DNA from: an uncultured archaeon
Lineage (GTDB): Archaea > Asgardarchaeota > Thorarchaeia > Thorarchaeales > Thorarchaeaceae
Length of the DNA: 32,000 nucleotides
Direction of reading: 5' to 3'
NCBI GenBank assembly: GCA_964648855.1
Contig: CAZYLT010000014.1
Span: 32,400-64,399 of the forward strand
Made by a program: the position numbers and the translations under genes. The notes under the pieces are model-generated. The model made no database searches. It saw only the letters and a program-made list of their open reading frames with translations, and was not told the DNA's origin. Shown one piece after another: positions 8,044 to 16,508 of the stretch. Numbering within the stretch: the first letter of the stretch is position 1; each line of letters starts with the position of its first letter.

Positions 8044-9174
8044 ATGGGTGGTATCTTGCGTCTAACTAAACAAAATGCGTATGATATGTTGACCGGAGTT
8101 GGAATCTTAGGAACTGGTGGGGGCGGTGACCCGGTGGGATTCGGCAAGCCCATGGTTGATTGGGACTATGGAAAGGGCCGGATATACGAGCTAACTCCTC
8201 CTGAGGAGATTAAGGATGACGCTTTCATCGTGTGTGGCGGATATATGGGTTCAGTTAGCGCATTTACATCAATCGGAGATATGCTCGAGAGGTGGGAGGA
8301 GCGATATGAACTTCATGAAGCGATGAAGATGTCGGAGAAGATATCTGGAAAACAGGTCAACCATTTGGTCCCATTTGAATTGGGTGGCACCAATACAACT
8401 GTGATGCTCTCATTGGCGGCTCGAGCCGGCATTACATCTGTGGATGGAGATGGCTTAGGCAGGTCTGCCCCAGAGACTCAAATGATTTCCTTTGTTGGAT
8501 ACGGTATATCGCTTACTCCTATGCCGGTCGTATCGAAGAACGGAAGCATTGTCATTGTTGAAGAAACTTCCTCACCAGCCCTGGCAGATGAGATTGGGCG
8601 TTTTACCGTGGTTCAAGACGGCGGTGCAGGCGCAAACAATCACTATTTCCAGTCAGGAGCTGAATTGAAAAAGAGTGTCATCCCTAACAGTATCTCAAAA
8701 TCAATAGAGCTTGGTGAAGGCGTCAGGGATGCAAATGAAAATGGAAACAATCCAATAAATGCCTTTCTTGATATCATGAATGGAACCATGCTCGCGAAGG
8801 GTAAGATTACTTCTGTGAAGGGAGAGGACCGCGCGGGACACTGGCATGTGACAGCCACTATTCAGCCGGAAGAACTAAAGGGAAGTCTTGAGATTACTGT
8901 CAAAAACGAGTATATGATGGCTAGATATGATGGAAAGCCTGTCGTTATGTTTCCAGACCTCATATGCTTGCACAACCCCAATACTGGACATGGAATTATG
9001 AGTTCGGACCTTAAGGAAGGCCTCGATGTCGTAGTTACAGCTGTAGCCGCTCATGAGCGGCTTCGGTATTCCGCAAACACTGATATTGGCAGGAAGGCGT
9101 TTGCGCCGGGCCGCTATGGTCATTCTGAATTCGAATACAAACCAATGGAAGAGATAATAGGCAATTTGAAGTAG
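8044..9174 (+). CDS. DUF917 family protein, paralog B (alternative TTG start at 8056 after GGTGG)
   Basis: GILGTGGGG, ELGGTN, VDGDGLGRSAPE, KNEYM and FPDLI; starts 1 nt after the upstream stop codon. Confidence 0.88.
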   Translation: MGGILRLTKQNAYDMLTGVGILGTGGGGDPVGFGKPMVDWDYGKGRIYELTPPEEIKDDAFIVCGGYMGSVSAFTSIGDMLERWEERYELHEAMKMSEKISGKQVNHLVPFELGGTNTTVMLSLAARAGITSVDGDGLGRSAPETQMISFVGYGISLTPMPVVSKNGSIVIVEETSSPALADEIGRFTVVQDGGAGANNHYFQSGAELKKSVIPNSISKSIELGEGVRDANENGNNPINAFLDIMNGTMLAKGKITSVKGEDRAGHWHVTATIQPEELKGSLEITVKNEYMMARYDGKPVVMFPDLICLHNPNTGHGIMSSDLKEGLDVVVTAVAAHERLRYSANTDIGRKAFAPGRYGHSEFEYKPMEEIIGNLK

Positions 9175-9219
9175 GATACTACTGTCTGGTACTGGAGTCT
9201 TACAAAGGTGGCTCCGTAG

Positions 9220-9993
9220 GTGAGCAACGTGAAGAAAATTGCACTAATAGGTGCTACCGGTCTTGATTGGTGGGTTGACGAAAAAAAGAAGTCATTCATA
9301 GAATCCATCACACCTGCTGGCTATGAAATTGATAATTTTGTTCCCGATTATGGAACACATAGTGTGGAATCCCATGTGGATGAGGCATATAATGCGCCAT
9401 TCATTTTGGATAAGATAGTCGAAGCACATCAGCAAAACTATGATGCAATAGTTATAGACTGTGCATGTGATCCTATTCTTGTTGCAGCACGTGAGGCTGT
9501 AGAAACTCCGGTAGTTGGAGCTAGGAATTCAGCACTGCATTTTGCCCTTACTCTAGGCACGAAGTTCTCCATAGTTACCGTCCAAGGGCAGTCTCTTGTG
9601 CGATGTATGCATCATGGAGTGAGAATGGAGGGTCTAGAGGCTTTCTTGAGCAGTGTAAGATATCTGAAGATGCCGGTACTAGATATTGCGAGTGACCCAG
9701 AGGAAGCTCAGAATGAATTGAGAGTGGAAAGCAAGAAAGCAATCGATGAGGATGGTGCAGATGTCATCATTCTTGGATGCACAGGTCTCTCACATCAAGT
9801 CGACATAAAATCGATTTCGCAAGAACTAGGTGTGCCCATTCTTGACCCCCTGATTGTGGCTGTAAATGCAGCAGTGGCTATTGTTGAATCCGGACTTACA
9901 CACAGCAAGGTCGCATACCCTAAACCTCCAAAGAAGGATATCAAAGAGATACCATCTCTTCAAGGGAAGTTCGACAAGGTCCTAAAAGAATAG
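9220..9993 (+). CDS. Asp/Glu/hydantoin racemase family protein, hydantoin-racemase-like
   Basis: Two catalytic-Cys motifs, DAIVIDCACDP and GADVIILGCTGL; AAREAV.TPVVG, LGVPILDP and SKVAYPKP. Confidence 0.85.
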   Translation: MSNVKKIALIGATGLDWWVDEKKKSFIESITPAGYEIDNFVPDYGTHSVESHVDEAYNAPFILDKIVEAHQQNYDAIVIDCACDPILVAAREAVETPVVGARNSALHFALTLGTKFSIVTVQGQSLVRCMHHGVRMEGLEAFLSSVRYLKMPVLDIASDPEEAQNELRVESKKAIDEDGADVIILGCTGLSHQVDIKSISQELGVPILDPLIVAVNAAVAIVESGLTHSKVAYPKPPKKDIKEIPSLQGKFDKVLKE

Positions 9994-9996
9994 AAT

Positions 9997-10016
9997 CGCT
10001 TCCTTCTCGGGAAGCG
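9997..10016. terminator. Hairpin between the convergent racemase and MFS genes
   Basis: CGCTTCC-TTCTCG-GGAAGCG. Confidence 0.5.
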
Positions 10017-10019
10017 CTC

Positions 10020-11261
10020 TTATTGTGCGTTGTTCCGTCTTAGGAGAACAATCATGAGAACAAGTACAGCCATCGACAAGACTGTACACATTAAGTAGGG
10101 CAATCCAAGAGAGAAGTCCATTAGCCAGCCGCCAAGTATCGGTCCAAGGAATAAACCAACCCCGCCCATACTCTCCACCAACCCGGCATGTGCGCCTTTA
10201 TCCAGCTTCGTTGCTGAAACGACCAAGTACAGAGCCCCTAAGTAGTTGAATCCCACTGCTATTCCGGAAATAAGCATGGCAATCATGAATGCCCAGAAAT
10301 TCACGGTCAAGAAAATAATCCCACTGGATATTGCAGATAGCAATGCGCCAAGAACTATCATTTCATCCATCAAATGCTCAGGCAATCTCGCACATATTAT
10401 GAATGCGATTGTGCGAATTCCATTCCAAGCCATAAGTAGATAACCAAAATCCTCAGTCACGAATCCGGGCAGGTTTTCTACATATGTGGGAAATAGAGAG
10501 AGAATAACGGTCGAAATGACACCCCAGAGCATTATTGATAGATATGATGCGATGAAGATGGGACTGGTCTTTTGTCCTTTCTCGTCATCCGTTGTTACCC
10601 CAACTAGGGCTTCTGCTGTTGAAGTTTCATGATGGGATGTTTGTTTCAGCCGATAGCCATGCAGGAAAAATCCAATTAAACCAAGAGAAACGAATTCCAC
10701 CGCAATGGTGACATAAATGCTGGAAACATTTCCGTATAGTCCAGCCATATAGGCAATTACAAACGGGCTCAGGATCATGCCTGCACTCCACGAAGTTGCG
10801 AAGTTTCCTAGAACCGTGCATTCCGCCTCTGGCGACAACTCTGCAACCATTCCCTCTATTGAAGGAGTTATTAGCCCATAAACTAACCCTTCTAGTGCCC
10901 TCACAGCAATGAGATAGATTGGCGTTGCTAGAGGGTTGATAAACAGAAAGAGGACACCAATGTAGGCGATAGTACCTATTCCTATGGACTTCTTCCTACC
11001 AATGCGGTCTGAGAATTTACCTCCGATAGCCGGCGAGAACATGTAGACAATACCGAAGGATCCCATAGCCCAGCCAATCTCGAAATTAGATCCTCCAAGG
11101 AGACCTGCGTACCAGGGTGCAAAAATCTCTGTTGTTCCAAGCACAAAGGTGACAAGGAACGTGGCAATATATCCAACGGCTCTGTTTCGTATCTTTGATG
11201 TTTCTGGCATATCGATTTGTTCTGGTGAATCAAGGCAAAAGGGTTCATGGGGATGAGTCAT
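10020..11261 (-). CDS. MFS transporter
   Basis: Motif A GKFSDRIGRKK, RALEGL and GPILGGWL; ~12 TM helices. Confidence 0.9.
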   Translation of the reverse strand: MTHPHEPFCLDSPEQIDMPETSKIRNRAVGYIATFLVTFVLGTTEIFAPWYAGLLGGSNFEIGWAMGSFGIVYMFSPAIGGKFSDRIGRKKSIGIGTIAYIGVLFLFINPLATPIYLIAVRALEGLVYGLITPSIEGMVAELSPEAECTVLGNFATSWSAGMILSPFVIAYMAGLYGNVSSIYVTIAVEFVSLGLIGFFLHGYRLKQTSHHETSTAEALVGVTTDDEKGQKTSPIFIASYLSIMLWGVISTVILSLFPTYVENLPGFVTEDFGYLLMAWNGIRTIAFIICARLPEHLMDEMIVLGALLSAISSGIIFLTVNFWAFMIAMLISGIAVGFNYLGALYLVVSATKLDKGAHAGLVESMGGVGLFLGPILGGWLMDFSLGLPYLMCTVLSMAVLVLMIVLLRRNNAQ

Positions 11262-11291
11262 TAGTAAAGCTACGCTCCTTTGAATACCAAT

Positions 11292-12308
11292 CTATTTCAG
11301 CTGAGGAACGATTTCTGTTGCCACTAATTCAGTGGTGTCCAAGACATCGATGCCTGGTATCGGGAACAATACTGGTGTATTTGCCCCAGCATCGATTATT
11401 GCCTGAATCTGTTTTATTGCAGAATCAACATCCCCGACAACGCCGAGTGTCTTCACCATGTCATCGGTGACCAAACCTGCCCAATCCTCACCATGCTCAG
11501 CTGCTCTCTTGAAAGATAGGGTTTCATCTTTAGATATTCCAGCATGAGTCATAAGCGGTCCTCCTGCCTGAGAGTGAGCTAGGTACTTCATCATGAATTT
11601 TCGAGCGATTTTGATGGCTTTGTCAATATCATCATCGATGACCATCGGTAGGTATGATACCATCTCATAGCCATCCAGCCTTCGACCAGACTTCTTTGCA
11701 CCTTTCCTAATGCGTTCCCAAGCAAACTTGATGTAAGAGGGCGTGTTGAAGATAGAGAGGATCACCCCATCACCGATTTCTCCACACAGCTCGAGACCTT
11801 GCTTACCCTCAAAAGCTAGGAAGATCGGTGCTGATTCACGAACCGGGGTAAATTCCAACTGGATGTTATTTGCCTCGAAGAAGTCATCCTTATGGTTCAC
11901 TTTCTTTCCTGTCATGATTTTGCGCACAAGATTGACACAAGCTTTTGTTCTCGATAACGGCTTCTTGAATTCATAGCCCATTTGTTTCATCCAAAACGGG
12001 ACGCCTGAACCCAGGCCAAAAACGGTGCGCTGATTCGACATCTCATCCAGTGTGGCAAATTCCATGGCCATCAACGCAGGATGTCTGCTGTACGGATTTA
12101 TGACGCCAAGTCCTATTCTGATTTTCTCAGTTGCCATAGCTGCCGTAGACATATACGGCATGCCGCCTCTGAAGAAATAATCTTCTGCGAACCATACTGA
12201 ACCTACGCCAAGTTCTTCTGCTTTCTTAGCCATACTTACTGCTTCATCAACAGGAAACAGACCTGTCATTGCTACTCCAAATTCTTTGAATCCTTCCATT
12301 TTATTCAT
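11292..12308 (-). CDS. LLM-class (luciferase-like) oxidoreductase, probably F420-dependent and Mer-related but not Mer itself
   Basis: AEELGVGSVWFAEDY and IRIGLGVINPYSRHPALMAMEFATLDEMSNQRTVFGLGSG; GEIGDGVIL. Confidence 0.82.
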   Translation of the reverse strand: MNKMEGFKEFGVAMTGLFPVDEAVSMAKKAEELGVGSVWFAEDYFFRGGMPYMSTAAMATEKIRIGLGVINPYSRHPALMAMEFATLDEMSNQRTVFGLGSGVPFWMKQMGYEFKKPLSRTKACVNLVRKIMTGKKVNHKDDFFEANNIQLEFTPVRESAPIFLAFEGKQGLELCGEIGDGVILSIFNTPSYIKFAWERIRKGAKKSGRRLDGYEMVSYLPMVIDDDIDKAIKIARKFMMKYLAHSQAGGPLMTHAGISKDETLSFKRAAEHGEDWAGLVTDDMVKTLGVVGDVDSAIKQIQAIIDAGANTPVLFPIPGIDVLDTTELVATEIVPQLK

Positions 12309-12364
12309 TTCCTTTAATTCTCTTACGAAGTGCGCTCTTGCTGAAACTCACTCCAAATAGATTG

Positions 12365-12390
12365 AGAGAAGGGGAAGAATCCCCTACTCT
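12365..12390 (-). terminator. Hairpin overlapping the aor stop codon (weak terminator or processing site)
   Basis: AGAG-A-AGGGGA-AGAA-TCCCCT-A-CTCT; no strong T-tract. Confidence 0.35.
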
Positions 12391-14309
12391 TTTGGTAACA
12401 AATCATGCTTGCCAAGATAATCTGCTACATCTTTCAACTCGAGATTCTCTAGAGTACTCCTATAGGGCCAGCTGGTTTCTAAGTCCCACTCATGCAGAGC
12501 GTAGTACTTGTCTAGCATCTTGTTTAGCTCTTCTGGAGAGTTGGTTTCACCCTTAAGTGGTCCTGATGCGGCTCCTTCATGCATCAATCTCCATGGCAAG
12601 TTATCATGTGCCCTGGTTGCACCTCGAGTAATATTGAATGCTTTTTCAATGTTGACGACACGCCTGCCAGTTTCCATGATTTTGTCTTCTGTCATGGGGA
12701 TGCCTGTTGCCGCCTGATACAATCTGGCCATGTTGCCAGGGTTAACTCCGTACGCAGCTGTTGACGTAAAGACACAGAAACCGAGTGCTTCTGTTATCTC
12801 ATAGCAGTCTTCGTGCCAACGAACTATCTCCGCACGATGATCTGTGAAGTGAGGCGAAGCCCACTTCTTATCGCCAGTTATCTTCTCGACTACTTCAACA
12901 GCCTCTGGACTGGCGCCAAACTCTGCAAACGTTTCTGTCATTAGGTGGTCATTTCCTCTTGGATTCACAGCGAAAGCCAAAGCATATGCCTTAGCCGACC
13001 GTGTTTCAACATTGGATTGCTCCAGCCCCTTGGCATTCATGATGGCCCATTTGTATGACTCTTGACCGACTTTCTCAGTTGCAATCTTGAGGCCATCTGC
13101 CAAAAGATTTCCAAGCTTTCCGTCACGCTGAGCAAGTTTCTGAACAGCTTCGTATGTTTCATCTAACTTGCCCCAGTCGAGCTCCAACCCGTCAGTATCC
13201 TCCTTTGTTAGAACGCCGCGTTTGTAGCTTTCAATCGCCCACTGAACGACAGTACCTGCAGTAATAGTGTCAAGCCCAATTCTGTTACATAATTCATTGA
13301 GCTTAAGGACTGCTTCTGTGTCAATCAGGCCTGGACCATTTCCTAGTGCTCCCAAGGTTTCATACTCAGGTCCACCGCTGGAAATACCTGCATTGGGGCC
13401 TTTCTCAATAGTTGTGTATCTATGACAACCTATTGTGCATCCAAAGCAAGCAACCTTTCTCTTCAGATATCCTTCCTCAGTGAGAGCCTGTCCTGTGATT
13501 GGATAGACATTCTCTGTGTATCCAGTTTGCCAGTTTTTGCCTGGTAAGGCATGAAGTTCATTTACAGCAGCCAAAGAACCTGCAGTTCCATATAGATGCA
13601 TTGAGCGAGCGCCGCTATCAGCCATTAAGCCATCTCGCATTTCCTTAACAACATCCGCAAAGAGCTCCGGATCTTTTACCCGAACAGGGTGTGTTCCCTT
13701 CACAGAGATGGCTTTGAGGTTCTTGGAAGCCATAACGTTGGCTCCACCGCCTCTGCCAGCTGCATGGTAACAGGATGCCATAATAGATGCCGCTCGTACC
13801 ATCTTTTCACCAGCAGGTCCAATGTAGAGACCTCGAGAATCCTCGCCGTGCCAGTTCTTGAGCAAGTTATCCGTTTCAAGAACGTCCTTTCCCCATAATT
13901 TGGAGCCATCGCGAATATCCACATGGTCATCATTGATTTCGATGTAGACTGGCTCGTCAGCAGCTCCATGAACGACTAGATGATCATAGCCTGCAAATTT
14001 CAGCTCAGCTCCCCAATGGCCACCCGTGTTTGACTTTAGGTACATTCCTGTACTGCTACCAATAGTGGTCACGGATGTCCGTCCTGATGCCGGGGCTGTC
14101 GTGCCTGTTACTGCGCCAGGAGCATATATGACGACATTTTCAGGATCGTTCCATTCAATCTCAGGATCTTTGCAGTAGTCCCATAAGAGACGAGCATTTA
14201 TTCCTCTTGAGCCAACATAAAGCCGTCTCCATTCTTCAGGAAGATCTTCCTTCCAAGTCTTATCATCACTCAAATCAACATGTAGTATTTTACCTTGATG
14301 TGCATACAT
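12384..14309 (-). CDS. aor: Aldehyde:ferredoxin oxidoreductase family (tungstopterin) enzyme
   Basis: GKILHVDLS, SNTGGHWGAELKFAGYD, IGPAGE, AAGRGGGANVMASKNLKAI, ACFGCTIGC, GPEYET, CNRIGLDTI and RGNDH. Confidence 0.93.
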   Translation of the reverse strand: MYAHQGKILHVDLSDDKTWKEDLPEEWRRLYVGSRGINARLLWDYCKDPEIEWNDPENVVIYAPGAVTGTTAPASGRTSVTTIGSSTGMYLKSNTGGHWGAELKFAGYDHLVVHGAADEPVYIEINDDHVDIRDGSKLWGKDVLETDNLLKNWHGEDSRGLYIGPAGEKMVRAASIMASCYHAAGRGGGANVMASKNLKAISVKGTHPVRVKDPELFADVVKEMRDGLMADSGARSMHLYGTAGSLAAVNELHALPGKNWQTGYTENVYPITGQALTEEGYLKRKVACFGCTIGCHRYTTIEKGPNAGISSGGPEYETLGALGNGPGLIDTEAVLKLNELCNRIGLDTITAGTVVQWAIESYKRGVLTKEDTDGLELDWGKLDETYEAVQKLAQRDGKLGNLLADGLKIATEKVGQESYKWAIMNAKGLEQSNVETRSAKAYALAFAVNPRGNDHLMTETFAEFGASPEAVEVVEKITGDKKWASPHFTDHRAEIVRWHEDCYEITEALGFCVFTSTAAYGVNPGNMARLYQAATGIPMTEDKIMETGRRVVNIEKAFNITRGATRAHDNLPWRLMHEGAASGPLKGETNSPEELNKMLDKYYALHEWDLETSWPYRSTLENLELKDVADYLGKHDLLPKE

Positions 14310-14813
14310 CTACTTTGCAACCCCCTTTTCCAAGTCACGATACATCGACATTCTAGCAGATCGTAGTTTCTTCTTCTGTTTGTAAAGCTCATCCGTAGCA
14401 TCGACCCACATCAGGGCTTCTGGTACACAGTGCTTGACACAGTAAGGATCTCCACCACATAAATCACAAATCAAGGGAACATTGGTTTCTGGATGGAGCC
14501 TTATTCCGTGGTATGGGCATACCTCTGCGCAAGAACCACAACCTGTACAGGCATCGGCATTCACTGTTATGATGCCAGTGTTTTCATCCCGGGTTAATGC
14601 AGCCTCGGCACATGCGTCTATACACGGATGCGCATCACATTGTTCGCACAGGAGCTGTAAACCAAGTGCTATGTCCTCCTTTTTCCTGACCTTTATCCGA
14701 CTTCTATACATATCGAATATGCTTTCCTTTATGAAAGAACAGGCAAGAGAGCATTGTTTACAACCTGTGCATTTAGTCATATCCACAAGCAGCAGTTTTT
14801 CCATCATTCTCAT
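14310..14813 (-). CDS. 4x[4Fe-4S] DmsB-like electron-transfer subunit of the AOR
   Basis: CTGCKQCSLAC, CEQCDAHPCIDAC, CTGCGSCAEVCP and CDLCGGDPYCVKHC; stop codon abuts the aor start. Confidence 0.92.
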   Translation of the reverse strand: MRMMEKLLLVDMTKCTGCKQCSLACSFIKESIFDMYRSRIKVRKKEDIALGLQLLCEQCDAHPCIDACAEAALTRDENTGIITVNADACTGCGSCAEVCPYHGIRLHPETNVPLICDLCGGDPYCVKHCVPEALMWVDATDELYKQKKKLRSARMSMYRDLEKGVAK

Positions 14814-14940
14814 CCTTAATCGAGTTTTAACTATTTGTCAGTACTAACTTTATGACATTTTAATCTTTATTTCTCCGTTCTGCATGGTTGTTCATGACGG
14901 ATTAATGGTTTTACTGGGAAAAATGGAAAATTTATACGGT

Positions 14941-15798
14941 TTATCTTATTGTTAAGACTGGCTCTGCCGCTTCAGCAGAAATCATACAAATTGGCATAGC
15001 CTTTGCATTGGTTAAGGTTGCGTAATGGCCCTTTGTATCCGCTATAATTATCCCCGCCTCACTCCCGGTCACATTTTCGAAATCGGTCATCGTGTTCAAT
15101 AATGCAACACTAAGATCCTTGCCTTCTTCGACCTGCAATACTGCCATTCGACACAAAAGAGCACGGGTAATATGCTCTCCATGTCCTGTTGCTGTTGCTC
15201 CGCATATTCTATTAGCATAGGCTCCAGCTCCAAAAATCGGGGAGTCTCCTACACGGCCGGGAATCTTATTCTTGATACCACCAGTTGATGAAGTTGCTGC
15301 TATTCTCTCCTTATTGTCTATGGTCACGCACCCCACAGTATCGGAAACACCCTCCATGTGGATTGATTTGATAACATTGTCTTCGTCAGGATGGCGATAT
15401 CCAGATTTGACCATCTCTTCGTAGAGCGCCTTAGCATTACTACCAGCAAAGAGATTATGCTCAGTTTTTTCCATGATGTATCGTGCAAGAGCAGTTGGGT
15501 TCCGGATGTCAGTGATAGCAGCTACAGAGCCGAATTGAAGATTGAAGCCATCCACTATCATAGCATCAAGTTCTCGCACTCCATCTCTATTTGGTCGAGC
15601 GCCAATGCCAGCATTTAGAGATCCACAATTCTCCATGTAGGTAGTACACGCCTCGGCAGCGTCAAGAGCTGAGTAACCATCATTGAGGAGTTCGTAACCG
15701 ATGGAAGCGGCCTTTTCAACGTGGGGGATTGCCTTGTTTAGCTTCTCATCTTCCCAAGAACCTGCTCCGCCATGAACGACGATCAGTGGTAATTTCAT
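14941..15798 (-). CDS. iaaA: Isoaspartyl peptidase / plant-type L-asparaginase (Ntn hydrolase)
   Basis: VVHGGAG, LNAGIG, ELDAMIVDG, autoproteolysis site D-TVG, TSSTGG, GRVGDSP and ATGHGE. Confidence 0.9.
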   Translation of the reverse strand: MKLPLIVVHGGAGSWEDEKLNKAIPHVEKAASIGYELLNDGYSALDAAEACTTYMENCGSLNAGIGARPNRDGVRELDAMIVDGFNLQFGSVAAITDIRNPTALARYIMEKTEHNLFAGSNAKALYEEMVKSGYRHPDEDNVIKSIHMEGVSDTVGCVTIDNKERIAATSSTGGIKNKIPGRVGDSPIFGAGAYANRICGATATGHGEHITRALLCRMAVLQVEEGKDLSVALLNTMTDFENVTGSEAGIIIADTKGHYATLTNAKAMPICMISAEAAEPVLTIR

Positions 15799-15874
15799 TT
15801 TCCTTCCGTTCTCCCTCTATAATATAGAAAATAACCAAGATAGGAGTATATTCACGAGTTGCTTTTTTTAATCC

Positions 15875-16507
15875 TCAAGTGAAGGGTACAAATCTAAAAC
15901 GTCCATGACGGGTAATCTCCAATGGCTTCTCTTTGAGTACTCTCGTCATGACCTGATACCCGTCAACAGAGATAGGAATAACCATGACACCCTTCTTTTT
16001 GAGTTGGTCTAACAGGGCATCGGGAATCTCCCTGGTGCCTGCTGTTACAATTATTCGGTCATAAGGAGATTCGTCGGGATAACCGTTACGGCCGTTACGG
16101 TGAACCACTTCAACATTTTCAATTTCTGCCAACGATAAATTGCGTCGAGCTCTATCAACCAAGTTGGGCACAACCTCCAGCGATACAATTCTTCCATCTC
16201 TGCCCACCAATTCAGACATTATCGCAGCGTTATACCCAGAACCGGCGCCTACCTCTAGGACCTTGTTTCCCCGTTCCAAAGATAGAAGCTGAATCATGTA
16301 CGCAACCGTGTAAGGCTGACTTATTGTCTGCCCCTCACCAATAGGCTGAGGATAGTTTAGATACGCATCTCCTTTGTATGGCTCGGGGATGAATATACTT
16401 CTATCTACACGCTTCATTGCTTCAATTATCGCTGGTTGGATGCCCTCGCGCTTTAATTCTCTGAATAATCGCGCTTTCTGAGCTTCAAAGTTGTCTCCAT
16501 TATTCAT
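15875..16507 (-). CDS. pcm: Protein-L-isoaspartate O-methyltransferase
   Basis: VDRSIF, PIGEGQTISQP, VLEVGAGSGYNAA, PYDRIIVTAG and RFVP; start placed at ATG 16507, 1 nt after the fen stop. Confidence 0.93.
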   Translation of the reverse strand: MNNGDNFEAQKARLFRELKREGIQPAIIEAMKRVDRSIFIPEPYKGDAYLNYPQPIGEGQTISQPYTVAYMIQLLSLERGNKVLEVGAGSGYNAAIMSELVGRDGRIVSLEVVPNLVDRARRNLSLAEIENVEVVHRNGRNGYPDESPYDRIIVTAGTREIPDALLDQLKKKGVMVIPISVDGYQVMTRVLKEKPLEITRHGRFRFVPFT

Positions 16508-16508
16508 A

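Noticed and set aside
8037-8069. Cys-TGA at the end of the NTase-like gene as a possible C-terminal Cys-Sec motif
   Set aside because: The next gene starts 1 nt later (ordinary translational coupling), no SECIS was seen, and the family is not redox-related
11292-12308. Annotation as mer (methylene-H4MPT reductase)
   Set aside because: Lacks the Mer TDHY motif, and no H4MPT-pathway genes are adjacent
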